DNA of 64,000 nt. Origin: Candidatus Latescibacterota bacterium (GTDB taxonomy: Bacteria; Latescibacterota; UBA2968; UBA8231). Location of the stretch: contig CBDCDC010000001.1 of assembly GCA_965215195.1 (NCBI GenBank), positions 1-64,000 on the forward strand, written 5' to 3'. The notes beneath the pieces were generated by a model, which was not told where the DNA came from, searched no databases, and worked only from the letters and a program-made list of their open reading frames with translations. A program made the translations under genes and the position numbers. Below, one piece after another: positions 27,696 through 38,721 of this stretch; the stretch's first letter is position 1; each line of letters opens with the position of its first letter.

Positions 27696-27729
27696 GAAAT
27701 ATGGTATATGGTCCCGAGCGAGATTGAGA

Positions 27730-28787
27730 TCAGCATATCCTCGGTAGCTGCTCCCCACTCAGACGGTCGATGACGCGGCGAGTCCCGAGTGGGCTGCGGG
27801 CGGTGACGATACCTGCTTCGCCTTGGCCAACCTCGCCGATCTGACTGGCCTGCCCGCCGTGGGGATGGGATTTCACGATCTGGAGTGCTGCGTCTGCTTG
27901 ATCCGGCGGCACGAAGGCGATGAAGCGGCCCTCGTTCGCCACGTAATGGGGATCAAGTCCGAGGATTTCGCAGGCACCTCGCACCTGATCTATGACGGGG
28001 ATTGAGCCTTCGTCGATTTCGATTGGCCGGTGGGCCGCTTCGGCGATCTCCACCAAGGCACTGGCTAGGCCTCCGCGCGTCAGGTCCCGCAGGCAGTGAA
28101 CGTGGATCCCGGCCTTTAGCAGGTTCAGCACCACTTGGGCGACACAGCCGCTGTCGCTTTCAATGGCCGACTCGAATTCAAGCCCTTCGCGGACGGCCAT
28201 GATGGCCATGCCGTGGCGGCCGATATCGCCGCTGACCAGTACGGCATCGCCTCGGCAAATGGACCCGGGGCCGATGGGTGTTCTCGATTCGACGAGGCCG
28301 ATCCCAGCCGTATTGATGAACAGGCCGTCTCCCTTGCCCCGGTCCACGACCTTGGTATCGCCCGTGACTAGCTGTACGCCGGCCTCGCTGGCCGCTTCGC
28401 GCATGGAGTGTACGATGCGGGATAGGGTCTCCATCGCCAAGCCCTCTTCGAGGATGAGGCCGCAGCTCAAGTAGAGCGGTCGAGTGCCGCACATGGCCAG
28501 ATCGTTGACCGTGCCAAAAACGGCGAGCGAGCCGATGTCGCCGCCGGGGAAAAAGAGGGGATTGACCACGTAGGAGTCGGTTGAGAAGGCGATTCTGCGG
28601 CCGCCGCATTCCACCACTGCGCCGTCGTGGCGCGCCTTTAGGTACTCGTTCTCAAAGGCCGGCACCAACAGTTGGTCGATCAGGTCGGCCATCAGCTTCC
28701 CCCCACCGCCGTGACCCATCAGGACGCGAGTGTGGGAATTGACTGGCAGAGGACAACTAAAGTTGAACTCGGGCCCCTTCTCTGCGC

Positions 28788-28791
<4 letters not shown>
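27730..28791 (-). CDS. hypE: Hydrogenase maturation protein HypE
   Basis: [41 protein letters not shown]-terminal GEQLPRIC. Confidence 0.96.
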
Positions 28792-29881
<1,090 letters not shown>

Positions 29882-29885
<4 letters not shown>

Positions 29886-30136
29886 TTGCCGTCGTCCTTT
29901 AGGTCTTGCAACTCGCCCACTTCGCGCAGATACTCGAACACGCGCTCAGCCTCCGCTTGGTCCACCACGCTCAGGGCCAAACCGACGTGGACGGTGACGA
30001 AATCACCTATCCGGGCTTCTGGAACGCAGGCCAGATTCACGGTCTTGACGATGCCGCCAAAGCTAACTTTGCCGGTGCGCATCAGGGCGTCGTCGTCCGA
30101 TATTTCGAGCAGTTCACCCGGAATGGCAAGGCACAT
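29882..30136 (-). CDS. hypC: Hydrogenase chaperone HypC
   Basis: MCLAIPG, VHVGLA. Confidence 0.96.
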
Positions 30137-32456
30137 AATAGTCTTCAGATTTGCTGGTCAAAGAACGGGCCGCGGCAACGATCTGACCGAGCGCGATGCC
30201 GCCGTCATTGGGCGGGACGCGCTGATGCCAGTAGGGTCTGAACCCCTCGTCGCGCAGACCCTGCACGGCTATTTGCAGCAGATGGACATTCTGAAAACAG
30301 CCGCCGCTGAGCACGACTTGGTCCTCGCCCAAGATGCGGGCCATTTGGACGATCAGCCGGGCTAGTCCGTTGTGAAATTTGGCGGCGATTTCGCCAGCGG
30401 ACGCGCCTTCGCGCACATCCGCCAATACCTGCAGAAGCACAGGTTCCCAATCGGCTACGCGGGTGGGACCGTCGGCGCACTCGAATTCGTAGTGGTCGTC
30501 CACCCCTTTCCGCACTGCGAACTCCAGCTCCATGGCCGCCTGCCCTTCAAATCGGCAGTGATGGCGCAGCCCAACGATCGCGCTCACCGCGTCGAAGAGG
30601 CGACCGATGCTGGACGTGCGCGGACTATTTACCTTCCGCACCAGTGCCGTGCAGAGTAGCGCAGCTTCCACTCGGGCGAACCCACAGAGCCGGATGAGGT
30701 CCGGCTGCTCGAACACCTTCTCTCCGAACAGCTCAAAGAGCAGCCCCAGAGCGGATCGCCGCGGTTCCCGGACGGCCGCGTCGCCGCCGGGAAGGGGAAA
30801 GGTGCGCAGGTGTGCCGCCCGCTCGCAGGAGTCTTTGCTAATGCGCAAAAACTCTCCGCCCCAGACGGTCCCGTCTAGGCCGAATCCAGTCCCATCCCAA
30901 GCGACGCCCAAAAGCGGGCCAGTTAGTCGATTTTCGGCCATGCAGGAAAGCACATGGGCGCAGTGGTGCTGAACGGGCAGGACCGACCGCTTGGAGTGGC
31001 CGGCGTAGCGGGTCGATTGGTAATCGGGATGGGCGTCGCAGGCAATGAAGTGTGGGTTGATTTCGTAGAGGGCCTGAAAATCGTCGATCACTTGGCAAAA
31101 GGCGGCGTTGGCCTCAGCGGTTTGCAGGTCGCCGATGTGCTGGCTGACGAATGCGTCGCGCTCAACCGACAGGGCAACTGCGCTCTTGAGGTGAGCACCG
31201 ACCCCGATGACCGAGGGGATGGCAGTCTCCAGCTCGACTGGCAGCGGTGCATAGCCCCGGGCGCGGCGCAGAACCAGCTCGCGCCCCTCTGCGACGCGCA
31301 CAATCGAATCGTCCACGTGGCGGCGGATCGGCCGGTCGTGGACCAGCAACAGATCGGCAATTTTCCCTAGACGCTGCAGTGCCTGTCGTTCGTCAATGCA
31401 GATCGGCTCTTCCGCCAGATTGCCGCTGGTGGCTACGATCGGCCGACCGAGCTCGTGGACCAACAGATGGTGCAATGGCGTATAGGGTAGCATGATTCCG
31501 AAATAGGGATTGTGCGGCGCCACGTTGGACGCCAAGTCGTCCCTGCCATTGCGTCTCAGCAGGACGATGGGGGCCTCGGGGGAGCAGAGCAATCGCCCTT
31601 CCAATTCAGAGAGTTCGCAGTGAGCGGCGATGCGGCGAAGATTGGGATACATCAAGGCAAAGGGCTTTTCTTCCCGGTTCTTGAAGTGCCGAAGCCGCGC
31701 AACCGCTGCCTCATTGCGGGCATCGACGATCAGGTGAAAGCCGCCGAGCCCCTTGACGGCGAGAATCCTCCCTTGCCGCACGGCGGCGACGCCTTGGCGC
31801 AGTGCCTTGCCCTGTATAGCCACGGAGCGACCCTTGGCATCCCACAGTTCTAGCTGGGGCCCGCATTCGGGACAGGCGTTTGGCTGGGCGTGGAAGCGGC
31901 GATTCAGGGGATCCTCGTACTCCGCCCGACACTGGCGACACATGGCAAATCCCTTCATGGTCGTGTGTGGGCGGTCGTAGGGCAGTGCCTCGATGATGCT
32001 GTAGCGAGGGCCGCAATGGGTGCAGTTGGTGAAGGGATACCGGTAGCGGCGATTTTTCGGATCGAAAAGGTCCGTCAAGCAATCCGCGCAGGTGGCGATA
32101 TCCGGCAGGATTAGCGCTTTCTTGCGGCCCGAGCCAGTGCTTTGACGTATCTCAAACCTATTGTAGCCCACTGGATCGAGACAGGTGGGTTCGAGGCTTT
32201 GAATGGAGGCGCGAGGGGGTTTTTCCTTTTCAATGCGCACGAGGAAAGCCTTTAGTCGTTCTTTGCTGCCCTCCACTTCGACGAGGACCCCCAAAGGCGA
32301 GTTATGCACCCATCCGGTCAGGTCCAAGTCCCGAGCGAGGCGGTAGATGAATGGTCGGAATCCAACGCCTTGGACGGTGCCGCGGATGACAATGGACATC
32401 CGTTGGATCGAGTCGGTGCGAGCGGTGCAAGAACCTCGGTCTAGTTTCTGTGTCAT
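30114..32456 (-). CDS. hypF: Carbamoyltransferase HypF
   Basis: GTVQGVGFRPF, Zn fingers (CADC..CTHCGPRY, CRQC..CPECGP), KGLGGFHL, QHHCAH, PPNDGGIALGQ; AAGGAG SD before ATG 32456. Confidence 0.96.
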   Translation of the reverse strand: MTQKLDRGSCTARTDSIQRMSIVIRGTVQGVGFRPFIYRLARDLDLTGWVHNSPLGVLVEVEGSKERLKAFLVRIEKEKPPRASIQSLEPTCLDPVGYNRFEIRQSTGSGRKKALILPDIATCADCLTDLFDPKNRRYRYPFTNCTHCGPRYSIIEALPYDRPHTTMKGFAMCRQCRAEYEDPLNRRFHAQPNACPECGPQLELWDAKGRSVAIQGKALRQGVAAVRQGRILAVKGLGGFHLIVDARNEAAVARLRHFKNREEKPFALMYPNLRRIAAHCELSELEGRLLCSPEAPIVLLRRNGRDDLASNVAPHNPYFGIMLPYTPLHHLLVHELGRPIVATSGNLAEEPICIDERQALQRLGKIADLLLVHDRPIRRHVDDSIVRVAEGRELVLRRARGYAPLPVELETAIPSVIGVGAHLKSAVALSVERDAFVSQHIGDLQTAEANAAFCQVIDDFQALYEINPHFIACDAHPDYQSTRYAGHSKRSVLPVQHHCAHVLSCMAENRLTGPLLGVAWDGTGFGLDGTVWGGEFLRISKDSCERAAHLRTFPLPGGDAAVREPRRSALGLLFELFGEKVFEQPDLIRLCGFARVEAALLCTALVRKVNSPRTSSIGRLFDAVSAIVGLRHHCRFEGQAAMELEFAVRKGVDDHYEFECADGPTRVADWEPVLLQVLADVREGASAGEIAAKFHNGLARLIVQMARILGEDQVVLSGGCFQNVHLLQIAVQGLRDEGFRPYWHQRVPPNDGGIALGQIVAAARSLTSKSEDYYVPCHSG

Positions 32457-32576
32457 GGCTCCTTGGCGTTCTCCAGCAGTGTGCGGACCAAGTACCGGAC
32501 AGCAGCGGTGCTTAGCGCACGAGCAGCACGGGGCAGACGACGGATTCCAGATTTGCTCCAAACTGGGCCATCTGGG

Positions 32577-32825
32577 TCATTCTCCAATGGTGACGCTCTC
32601 CAGCACAATCTCTTGGGCCTCTTCCGACAGTTCGACGAAAAGCCGGGCATCCTCGGCTATGGTGCCGCGAGCGGCGCGGGCAAAGTGGTCGCGCAAGTGC
32701 CCCGGTGCGATGTGCGCCAGTGCGCCTAACTTCACGTTCACAGCTAGCACTTTGGTGGCCTTTTCGGCGGCGGCGATGGACTCGACCTTCTGCATCAAGT
32801 CGGCCATGAGTGAAAGCTCATGCAC
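32577..32825 (-). CDS. hypA: Short HypA-like nickel metallochaperone lacking the Zn finger
   Basis: N-terminal MHELS Ni motif and KLGAL; 82 aa with no Cys. Confidence 0.8.
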   Translation of the reverse strand: MHELSLMADLMQKVESIAAAEKATKVLAVNVKLGALAHIAPGHLRDHFARAARGTIAEDARLFVELSEEAQEIVLESVTIGE

Positions 32826-33327
32826 GTTCCGCCTCGCTTCTCAGAAAGCTCGGTGTGGCCCATGGACCGATCTCCTGCAACACCGCTTCTACCGCCGTCT
32901 CGACCGCACTATCGACAGCGGGAGAAAGGCCGCTACCCGTAGTAAAGTCGGCTCCTTCAACGCCTATGACGATGAATCGGTCGGGGAGTTGATCCACGGC
33001 GCGGGCTAGTTCGACAGCCTCGTTGAGCCCAAAGCCGTGGGTTGAGCACGTGGTGCCAAGATGTTGGGGCAAAGGCCGGGTGCTGGCGTCGAACCGGGAC
33101 ACGGTGCCGGCCGGAGCCCCCGAAGAAACCGCATCGACGACCACGACCGCCGACGCCCCTTTCCAAGTATCCATCAGCCCCAAGCCGCTGCCCCGGTGGC
33201 TGCGGACTTCGACCCCGGGTTGAACAAGCGCCTTTAGTTGCCGCGCCACGGACAACCCTACGCCGTCGTCGCGGCCGAGCGGATTGCCCATGCCGATGAC
33301 CACGATTCCACCCGGTTCGGCGTTCAC
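32818..33327 (-). CDS. Hydrogenase maturation endopeptidase
   Basis: [27 protein letters not shown]; GTGA overlap with the large subunit. Confidence 0.92.
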   Translation of the reverse strand: MNAEPGGIVVIGMGNPLGRDDGVGLSVARQLKALVQPGVEVRSHRGSGLGLMDTWKGASAVVVVDAVSSGAPAGTVSRFDASTRPLPQHLGTTCSTHGFGLNEAVELARAVDQLPDRFIVIGVEGADFTTGSGLSPAVDSAVETAVEAVLQEIGPWATPSFLRSEAERA

Positions 33328-34613
33328 AATCGGTCGACCTTGAGCTTGAGGAAATGGGTCGAACAGGAAATGCAGGGGTCGTAGTTGCGCACGGCCTGCT
33401 CGCACTGCCATTTCAACTCCTCGTCGGGCAGATCGACGCGCTCGGGAATGAACTGCCACAAATCTCGCTCTATCGTCTTCTGGTTGGCCGCTGTCGGGGA
33501 GACGATCTTGGCGTCGGTGATGGTGCCGGAGTCCTCTAGGGTGTAGCGGTGGTAGCAGATGCCGCGGGGAGCCTCGGTACAGCCGTACCCCGTGCCGGCC
33601 CTTGGCTCGACCGGAATCGCCGGCGCGTCGGGCATTTCGTAGGCATTGATTAGACGCAGGGCCTCTTCAAAGGCGTAGAGGATCTCAACGCTGCGGACGA
33701 TGATGCTCTTGAATGGATTGCAGCAGGTAGTACCCAAGCCTGCCTCCCGAGCAGCCTCCTGAGCCAGCGGCGAGAGCGCGTCGAAGTTGAGGCTGAAGCG
33801 GGCGAGCGGCCCGAGCACGCAGGAGCCGCGGCCGGCCACGACCGTGTGCAGGGCGGTAGAGTGGGCCACGTGCTCCTCGATCAGGTGATCGTCGTAGCCA
33901 CTGGCCGGGCAATCAATACCCTTGTTCGATTTGAGACGCCCATTGACGATGGCATACTCCTTTTCATCTCTCATGGCCACGTACTCGTACTCCTGCTCGA
34001 ACTCGGGGAAAGGCAAGGTGGCCACCCAACGGACCGTCTCCAAGGCCGCCTCTAGGCCCCATTGGAGATCCGCCTCCAAGGTCTGCAAATCCTTCTTGCT
34101 GGGAACCTTGTAGAAGCCGCCGACCCGCAGGTTTATGGGGTGGATCTCGCGGCCGCCCAAAAGGCCCATGATGTCGTTGCCGATCTTCTTGAGCCGCAGG
34201 CCTTGCTGCACCAACTCGGAGTGGTCCCGAGCCATCTGCACCGCGTCCTGATAGCCGAGAAAGTCGGGGGCGTGCAGCATGAACACGTGGAGGGCGTGGC
34301 TCTCGATCCATTCGCCGCAGTAGATGAGTCGGCGCAGCAGATTCAAAGGGCCGACGACCTCCACCCCGCAGGCGTCCTCCATGGCCTTGGAAGCGCCGAG
34401 CAAATAGGCGATCGGGCAGATTCCGCAGATGCGGGCGGTGATATCGGGTGCCTCGGTGAAGTCGCGGCCCCGCAGCAGGGCCTCGAAAAAGCGCGGCGGC
34501 TCGAAAATCTCGAGCCGGACATCCTCTACGGCGCGATCCTTCAACTTGATGTAGAGTGCGCCCTCCCCTTCGACGCGGGCCAAGTAATCGACTTTGATCG
34601 TCTTACGCTTCAT
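33324..34613 (-). CDS. Group 3b [NiFe]-hydrogenase large (alpha) subunit
   Basis: ARVEGEG, L1 RICGIC, EAPRG, L2 DPCISCSTH plus short C-terminal extension. Confidence 0.95.
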   Translation of the reverse strand: MKRKTIKVDYLARVEGEGALYIKLKDRAVEDVRLEIFEPPRFFEALLRGRDFTEAPDITARICGICPIAYLLGASKAMEDACGVEVVGPLNLLRRLIYCGEWIESHALHVFMLHAPDFLGYQDAVQMARDHSELVQQGLRLKKIGNDIMGLLGGREIHPINLRVGGFYKVPSKKDLQTLEADLQWGLEAALETVRWVATLPFPEFEQEYEYVAMRDEKEYAIVNGRLKSNKGIDCPASGYDDHLIEEHVAHSTALHTVVAGRGSCVLGPLARFSLNFDALSPLAQEAAREAGLGTTCCNPFKSIIVRSVEILYAFEEALRLINAYEMPDAPAIPVEPRAGTGYGCTEAPRGICYHRYTLEDSGTITDAKIVSPTAANQKTIERDLWQFIPERVDLPDEELKWQCEQAVRNYDPCISCSTHFLKLKVDRL

Positions 34614-35376
34614 GCCTTTCGCTCTCGCGACGAAACGGCTCCGCAAAGGCGTTGAATCCCCGAAAGGCCCGGAGCACATCCGTCTCGTCTGCCCCGAGCT
34701 GAATCCAGGTGCTGCTCAGGGAACGGGTGTTCGGGGTCTCCATCGGTCCGTAGCAGCCATAGCAGCCCCGATTGTAGGCCGGACAAAGGGCACCGCATCC
34801 GGCATGGGTCACCGGGCCGAGACAGGGCGTACCGCGGGTCACCATGACGCAGGGTGTACCCCGCTGCTTGCATTCCACGCAGACGCTATGGGCGGGGATG
34901 TTGGGGCGTCGGCCGTGCAAATACGCGTTCAAAAGCTCCAGTAGCTGGTCCTTGTTGATCGGGCAACCGCGCAGCTCGAAATCGACGTGGACGTGGTCGG
35001 CGATGGGCGTGGACTTGTCGAGGGTGCTGATGTATTCCGGGTGGGCATAGACCACACTGGTAAACTCCTCGACGTCTTTGAAGTTCCGCAAGGCCTGGAT
35101 ACCGCCGGCCGTGGCGCAGGCCCCGATGGTCACTAGGAAGCGGGAGGTGCGGCGGACTTTGCGGATGCGCTCGGCGTCGTGGGGCGTGGTGATCGAGCCC
35201 TCTACGAGTGAGACGTCGTAAGGGCCTTTTACTACGGCGCGGGAAGCTTCGGGGAAATTGGCGATCTCCACTTTTGCGGCGAGGGCCAGAAGTTCATCCT
35301 CGCAGTCCAGCAGGCTCAGCTGACAGCCGTCGCAGGAGGCGAACTTCCACACCGCCAATTTGGGTTTGCGTCCCAT
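34603..35376 (-). CDS. Group 3b hydrogenase small (delta) subunit
   Basis: [38 protein letters not shown]. Confidence 0.93.
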   Translation of the reverse strand: MGRKPKLAVWKFASCDGCQLSLLDCEDELLALAAKVEIANFPEASRAVVKGPYDVSLVEGSITTPHDAERIRKVRRTSRFLVTIGACATAGGIQALRNFKDVEEFTSVVYAHPEYISTLDKSTPIADHVHVDFELRGCPINKDQLLELLNAYLHGRRPNIPAHSVCVECKQRGTPCVMVTRGTPCLGPVTHAGCGALCPAYNRGCYGCYGPMETPNTRSLSSTWIQLGADETDVLRAFRGFNAFAEPFRRESERHEA

Positions 35377-35377
35377 T

Positions 35378-36235
35378 TCAGAGCTCCGCTTTGCCGAAGG
35401 TGTCGGCGATCCGCTCGAAGGGAAAGACCGGCCCGTCTTTACAGACGAATTCAGGCCCGAATTGGCAATGCCCGCAGTGGCCGACAGCGCACTTCATGTT
35501 GCGCTCCATAGAGACGTACACATCGGCGGGATTCACGCCGCTGTCGAGCAATTCGCGCACCGCAAACCGCATCATGATCTCCGGGCCGCAGACCATGGCC
35601 AAGGAGCAATGGGGATCGAATTCAGTGCGCCCCAACAGGGTAGTTACGACGCCGACGTGTCCGCGCCAGTCGCTACCGCCGCTGTCCACGGTAACCTCAA
35701 CCTCCAGATCGAACCGACCGCGCCAACGCTGCAGCTCCTCGCGGTACAGCAGATCGCCCGGCGTCCGAGTGCCGTACAGCAGGACGATCCGACCGAACCT
35801 TTCACGTGCGGCAATCAGGGCGTACAACGCCGGCCGCAACGGCGCCAGCCCAATGCCGCCGGCCACGATCACCACGTCGCGGGTCGCGGCCCGCTCCACC
35901 GGCCAGGGTGTGCCGAAGGGACCGCGCACGCCCAGCATCTGGCCCTTCTTCATCTCGATGAGGGCCTCGCTGACCGTGCCCACGGTGCGCACCGTGTGGA
36001 CGAGCCGCTGCGGGCGAGCGGGATCGCCGCTGATCGAAACTGGCACTTCGCCCTTCCCAAAGACATAGAGCATGTTGAACTGACCCGGGGCAAAGGAAAA
36101 TCCCCGATCCTCGGTATCCAGTTCGAGCGTGTAGGTAGCGTGCGCGTCCTTCCGAACCCGCAGAATCCGCTGCGGGGTTGGGAGCATTGGTTGCACTGTC
36201 GGGCGAGCCGCAGGAGCCGTTGGGCTGAAAACCAC
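35378..36235 (-). CDS. Group 3b hydrogenase gamma subunit (FAD/NAD(P)-binding, 2Fe-2S); start approximate
   Basis: [41 protein letters not shown]. Confidence 0.92.
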   Translation of the reverse strand: MVFSPTAPAARPTVQPMLPTPQRILRVRKDAHATYTLELDTEDRGFSFAPGQFNMLYVFGKGEVPVSISGDPARPQRLVHTVRTVGTVSEALIEMKKGQMLGVRGPFGTPWPVERAATRDVVIVAGGIGLAPLRPALYALIAARERFGRIVLLYGTRTPGDLLYREELQRWRGRFDLEVEVTVDSGGSDWRGHVGVVTTLLGRTEFDPHCSLAMVCGPEIMMRFAVRELLDSGVNPADVYVSMERNMKCAVGHCGHCQFGPEFVCKDGPVFPFERIADTFGKAEL

Positions 36236-36242
36236 GTCGGGC

Positions 36243-36713
36243 CTACTTCCCGTACACGTCCATGAGTTGCAGCCGGGCCGCCTCCAGTCGTTTGACCATG
36301 ACGCCGGCAAAGCGGGAAAGGAGCCGATACCCTAGTTCGCGATTGTCGTCGCACTTGGCGCGCAAGCACTTGCCGTTTAGGCCGATCGCCCGCACGAGCT
36401 CGAGGGCCCGGCCATCGAAACGCCACCGGTGTGGCGGTATGAGCCAAGACCAGCCCAGCACCTCGCCCGCGCCAAGGGTTTGCACCGAGTGCGGCCCGCG
36501 GTTGGGCGTATTGATCTCGACGGAAATTTTGCCGAAGCGGATGACGTAGAACTGATCGGCCGGATCGCCCTCGCGGAAGATGTACTCTCCCGCACTGAAG
36601 CTCGCGTTTGCAGCACAGCCGGAAATCAGGTCTAGCGTCTCCGCGTCGAGATCGGCAAAAAAGGGATGTTGCGCCAGCACCGGGCCGAGGCTGGTCGAGT
36701 CAACTCTTGGCAT
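36243..36713 (-). CDS. Stand-alone cyclic nucleotide-binding domain protein
   Basis: [31 protein letters not shown]; no C-terminal HTH. Confidence 0.88.
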   Translation of the reverse strand: MPRVDSTSLGPVLAQHPFFADLDAETLDLISGCAANASFSAGEYIFREGDPADQFYVIRFGKISVEINTPNRGPHSVQTLGAGEVLGWSWLIPPHRWRFDGRALELVRAIGLNGKCLRAKCDDNRELGYRLLSRFAGVMVKRLEAARLQLMDVYGK

Positions 36714-37845
36714 GCGACGCCGGCTCACTCGCCCGGATGGCCGCCACTTCCTCGGTGATGTCGATACCTACCGGACACCAGGTGATACAGCGGCCACAAC
36801 CAACGCAGCCAGACTGGCCGAACTGATCGATCCAAGCGGCCAGTTTGTGGGTCAGCCACTGGCGGTAGCGGGCGGCCGTGGAACGGCGGATGCTGCCGCC
36901 GTGGATGTAAGAGAAGTCGAGTGTGAAGCAGGAGTCCCACTTTCGCCAGCGCTCGGCGCGGCTACCGTCGAGGTCAGTGACGTCTTCAGTGGTAGTGCAA
37001 AAGCAGGTCGGGCAGACCATGGTACAGTTGGTACAGGTCAGACATCTAGAGGCCACTTCCTCCCAGCGCGCGTTGTCGCGGTTGCGATAGAGCAGCTCTT
37101 TGATGCCCGCCGTTTCCATGCGGCGGCCCATCTGCCCTGCTGCTTGCTGAACGATCTGCTCTGCTGTTTCCATTTCCGCGTCGCTGGCATCTCGGTGGGA
37201 AATCTCCCGCATCAGCTCGGCACCGCGCTCGGAGCCCACTTCTACGAGAAAGCGGTGCCCATCCTGCTGCACGATTTCGGTAAGCGATAGATCGAATCCG
37301 TCAATGACCTTTGGACCCGTACCCATTGAGGCGCAGAAGCAGGTGCCACCGGCCTGCCCGCAGTTGACCGCCACGACAAAGGCCCTTTCGCGCCGGGATC
37401 GGTAGCTTGGATCGGCGTACTCGCCATCGAGGAACACGCGATCCTGCACGGCCATGGCCTGCAGATCACAGGCGCGGACGCCGATGAAGGCGTAGGTTGG
37501 TGCCTCTGGCTCGCCTTCGGTAAAGGTGAGATTCCCGGCGACGGATTCGATCTGCAACAGCCGCAGGGCAGGGGGGTGGAGGAACTGCTTCCACGAATGG
37601 GGGCCAACGTTGTAGCCGAACAGGGCCTCATCATCTCGCCTGATGAGGCGGTACGCGCCGGCCTCCTGCTGGTCCGACCAACCCGCCGGAAGATCGTCGA
37701 TCGAAGTCAGTTCATCGTAGATGATCGACCCCTCCTGCACTCTAGGGCCGATGGTCTGAAACCCTCTTGCCTGTAGGGCGTTGAGTAGTGCTTGGAACTG
37801 ATCCCTTTCAATTATTAGGCTGGTTTCTTCGCTCATTCCCGTCAT
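36700..37845 (-). CDS. Group 3b hydrogenase beta subunit (4Fe-4S dicluster, AsrA-like)
   Basis: [39 protein letters not shown]. Confidence 0.92.
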   Translation of the reverse strand: MTGMSEETSLIIERDQFQALLNALQARGFQTIGPRVQEGSIIYDELTSIDDLPAGWSDQQEAGAYRLIRRDDEALFGYNVGPHSWKQFLHPPALRLLQIESVAGNLTFTEGEPEAPTYAFIGVRACDLQAMAVQDRVFLDGEYADPSYRSRRERAFVVAVNCGQAGGTCFCASMGTGPKVIDGFDLSLTEIVQQDGHRFLVEVGSERGAELMREISHRDASDAEMETAEQIVQQAAGQMGRRMETAGIKELLYRNRDNARWEEVASRCLTCTNCTMVCPTCFCTTTEDVTDLDGSRAERWRKWDSCFTLDFSYIHGGSIRRSTAARYRQWLTHKLAAWIDQFGQSGCVGCGRCITWCPVGIDITEEVAAIRASEPASHAKS

Positions 37846-37864
37846 CTGCTTGGCTGGAGTGCGC

Positions 37865-38320
37865 CTACGGCAGCACGAATTCGTGCTCTGGGTGTTTGAC
37901 GGTCAACACTGGGCAGGGGGCCATCTGCACGACCTTCTCGGCCACGCTGCCGATCAGGGCATGGGAGATTCCCGTGCGGCCGTGGGTGGCCAAGACGATG
38001 AGGTCAATGTCGTGGACTCTGGCATAGCGAACGATAACGACGTGGGGCACGCCGGTATCGACCGTAGCTTTGACATCAATACCCTCGATCTCGCTCTTCA
38101 CGGCGTTCAACTGGGCCTGCTTGTCCCGCTGGTATTGGGGCAGGGCATGGGTGACCACCCCTGGAAAATCAGCACCCGTGCCCAACCAGTGCAGTTCTAG
38201 CACGTGTAGCAGGTGCAGGCTCGCGCCGTAGGCCGAGGCAAATCCTCGCGCATAATTCAGTGCATATCCGGCATAGTCGGATAAGTCCGTAGGCATGAGA
38301 ATGTTTTTTATATTGATCAT
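37865..38320 (-). CDS. Universal stress protein
   Basis: ILMPTDLS, DLIVLATHGRTG..LIGSVAEKVVQMAPCPVLTV. Confidence 0.93.
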   Translation of the reverse strand: MINIKNILMPTDLSDYAGYALNYARGFASAYGASLHLLHVLELHWLGTGADFPGVVTHALPQYQRDKQAQLNAVKSEIEGIDVKATVDTGVPHVVIVRYARVHDIDLIVLATHGRTGISHALIGSVAEKVVQMAPCPVLTVKHPEHEFVLP

Positions 38321-38389
38321 GGCGTCCTTCGTCGTTGGTTCTTCCTCAGTGTTCCTCATCAAATGAGGCGGGTTGGGAAATCCCATGCG

Positions 38390-38422
38390 AAAAGCCCCCG
38401 AGGAGGCGACCCCCAGGGGCTT
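38390..38422 (-). terminator. Intrinsic terminator downstream of tRNA-Met
   Basis: Minus strand AAGCCCC-TGGGGG-TCG-CCTCCT-CGGGGGC-TTTT hairpin with U tract. Confidence 0.65.
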
Positions 38423-38461
38423 GCATTAAGCAACAAACTGCCAAAGCTGGCGGCAGGAATG

Positions 38462-38538
38462 TGGTAGCGGCGAAGGGACTCGAACCCCCGACCTACGGAT
38501 TATGATTCCGCTGCTCTAACCAACTGAGCTACGCCGCC
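38462..38538 (-). tRNA. tRNA with CAT anticodon, probably elongator Met
   Basis: GGCGGCGTAGCTCAGTTGGTTAGAGCAGCGGAATCATAATCCGTAGGTCGGGGGTTCGAGTCCCTTCGCCGCTACCA; cloverleaf, encoded CCA. Confidence 0.95.
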
Positions 38539-38553
38539 AGGAGCTTGTTTTAC

Positions 38554-38582
38554 AAGCTAGGCGGTGGGGGAAGCTTTGTCAA
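38554..38582 (-). promoter_or_regulatory. Sigma70-type promoter of tRNA-Met
   Basis: Minus strand TTGACA-17 nt-TAGCTT. Confidence 0.7.
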
Positions 38583-38590
38583 TAGAACTC

Positions 38591-38714
38591 CTAACTACAC
38601 GACACCAATACCTTGTCGTTGATGGGCGATGAGTCCGGGATCGAGGGCGTCCCGCCCTCGACGAGGGCAAGATGCCCTCGATCCGAGGTTAAGGCCCTAC
38701 TGTCGTGTAGTTAA
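38591..38714. mobile_element. MITE-like non-autonomous element, 124 bp
   Basis: TIRs TAACTACACGACA (38592-38604) and TGTCGTGTAGTTA (38701-38713); flanking direct repeat ATAGAACTC at 38582-38590 and 38715-38723; internal palindromes; no ORF. Confidence 0.75.
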
Positions 38715-38721
38715 ATAGAAC

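Noticed and set aside
33324-33390. Selenocysteine ([NiFeSe]) hydrogenase
   Set aside because: The L2 motif is all Cys (DPCISC); no in-frame TGA.
38428-38445. Sigma54 promoter for the usp/hydrogenase operon (TTGGCAGTTTGTTGCT, minus strand)
   Set aside because: GG-to-GC spacing is 9 nt rather than the required 10, and the site lies upstream of the tRNA terminator.
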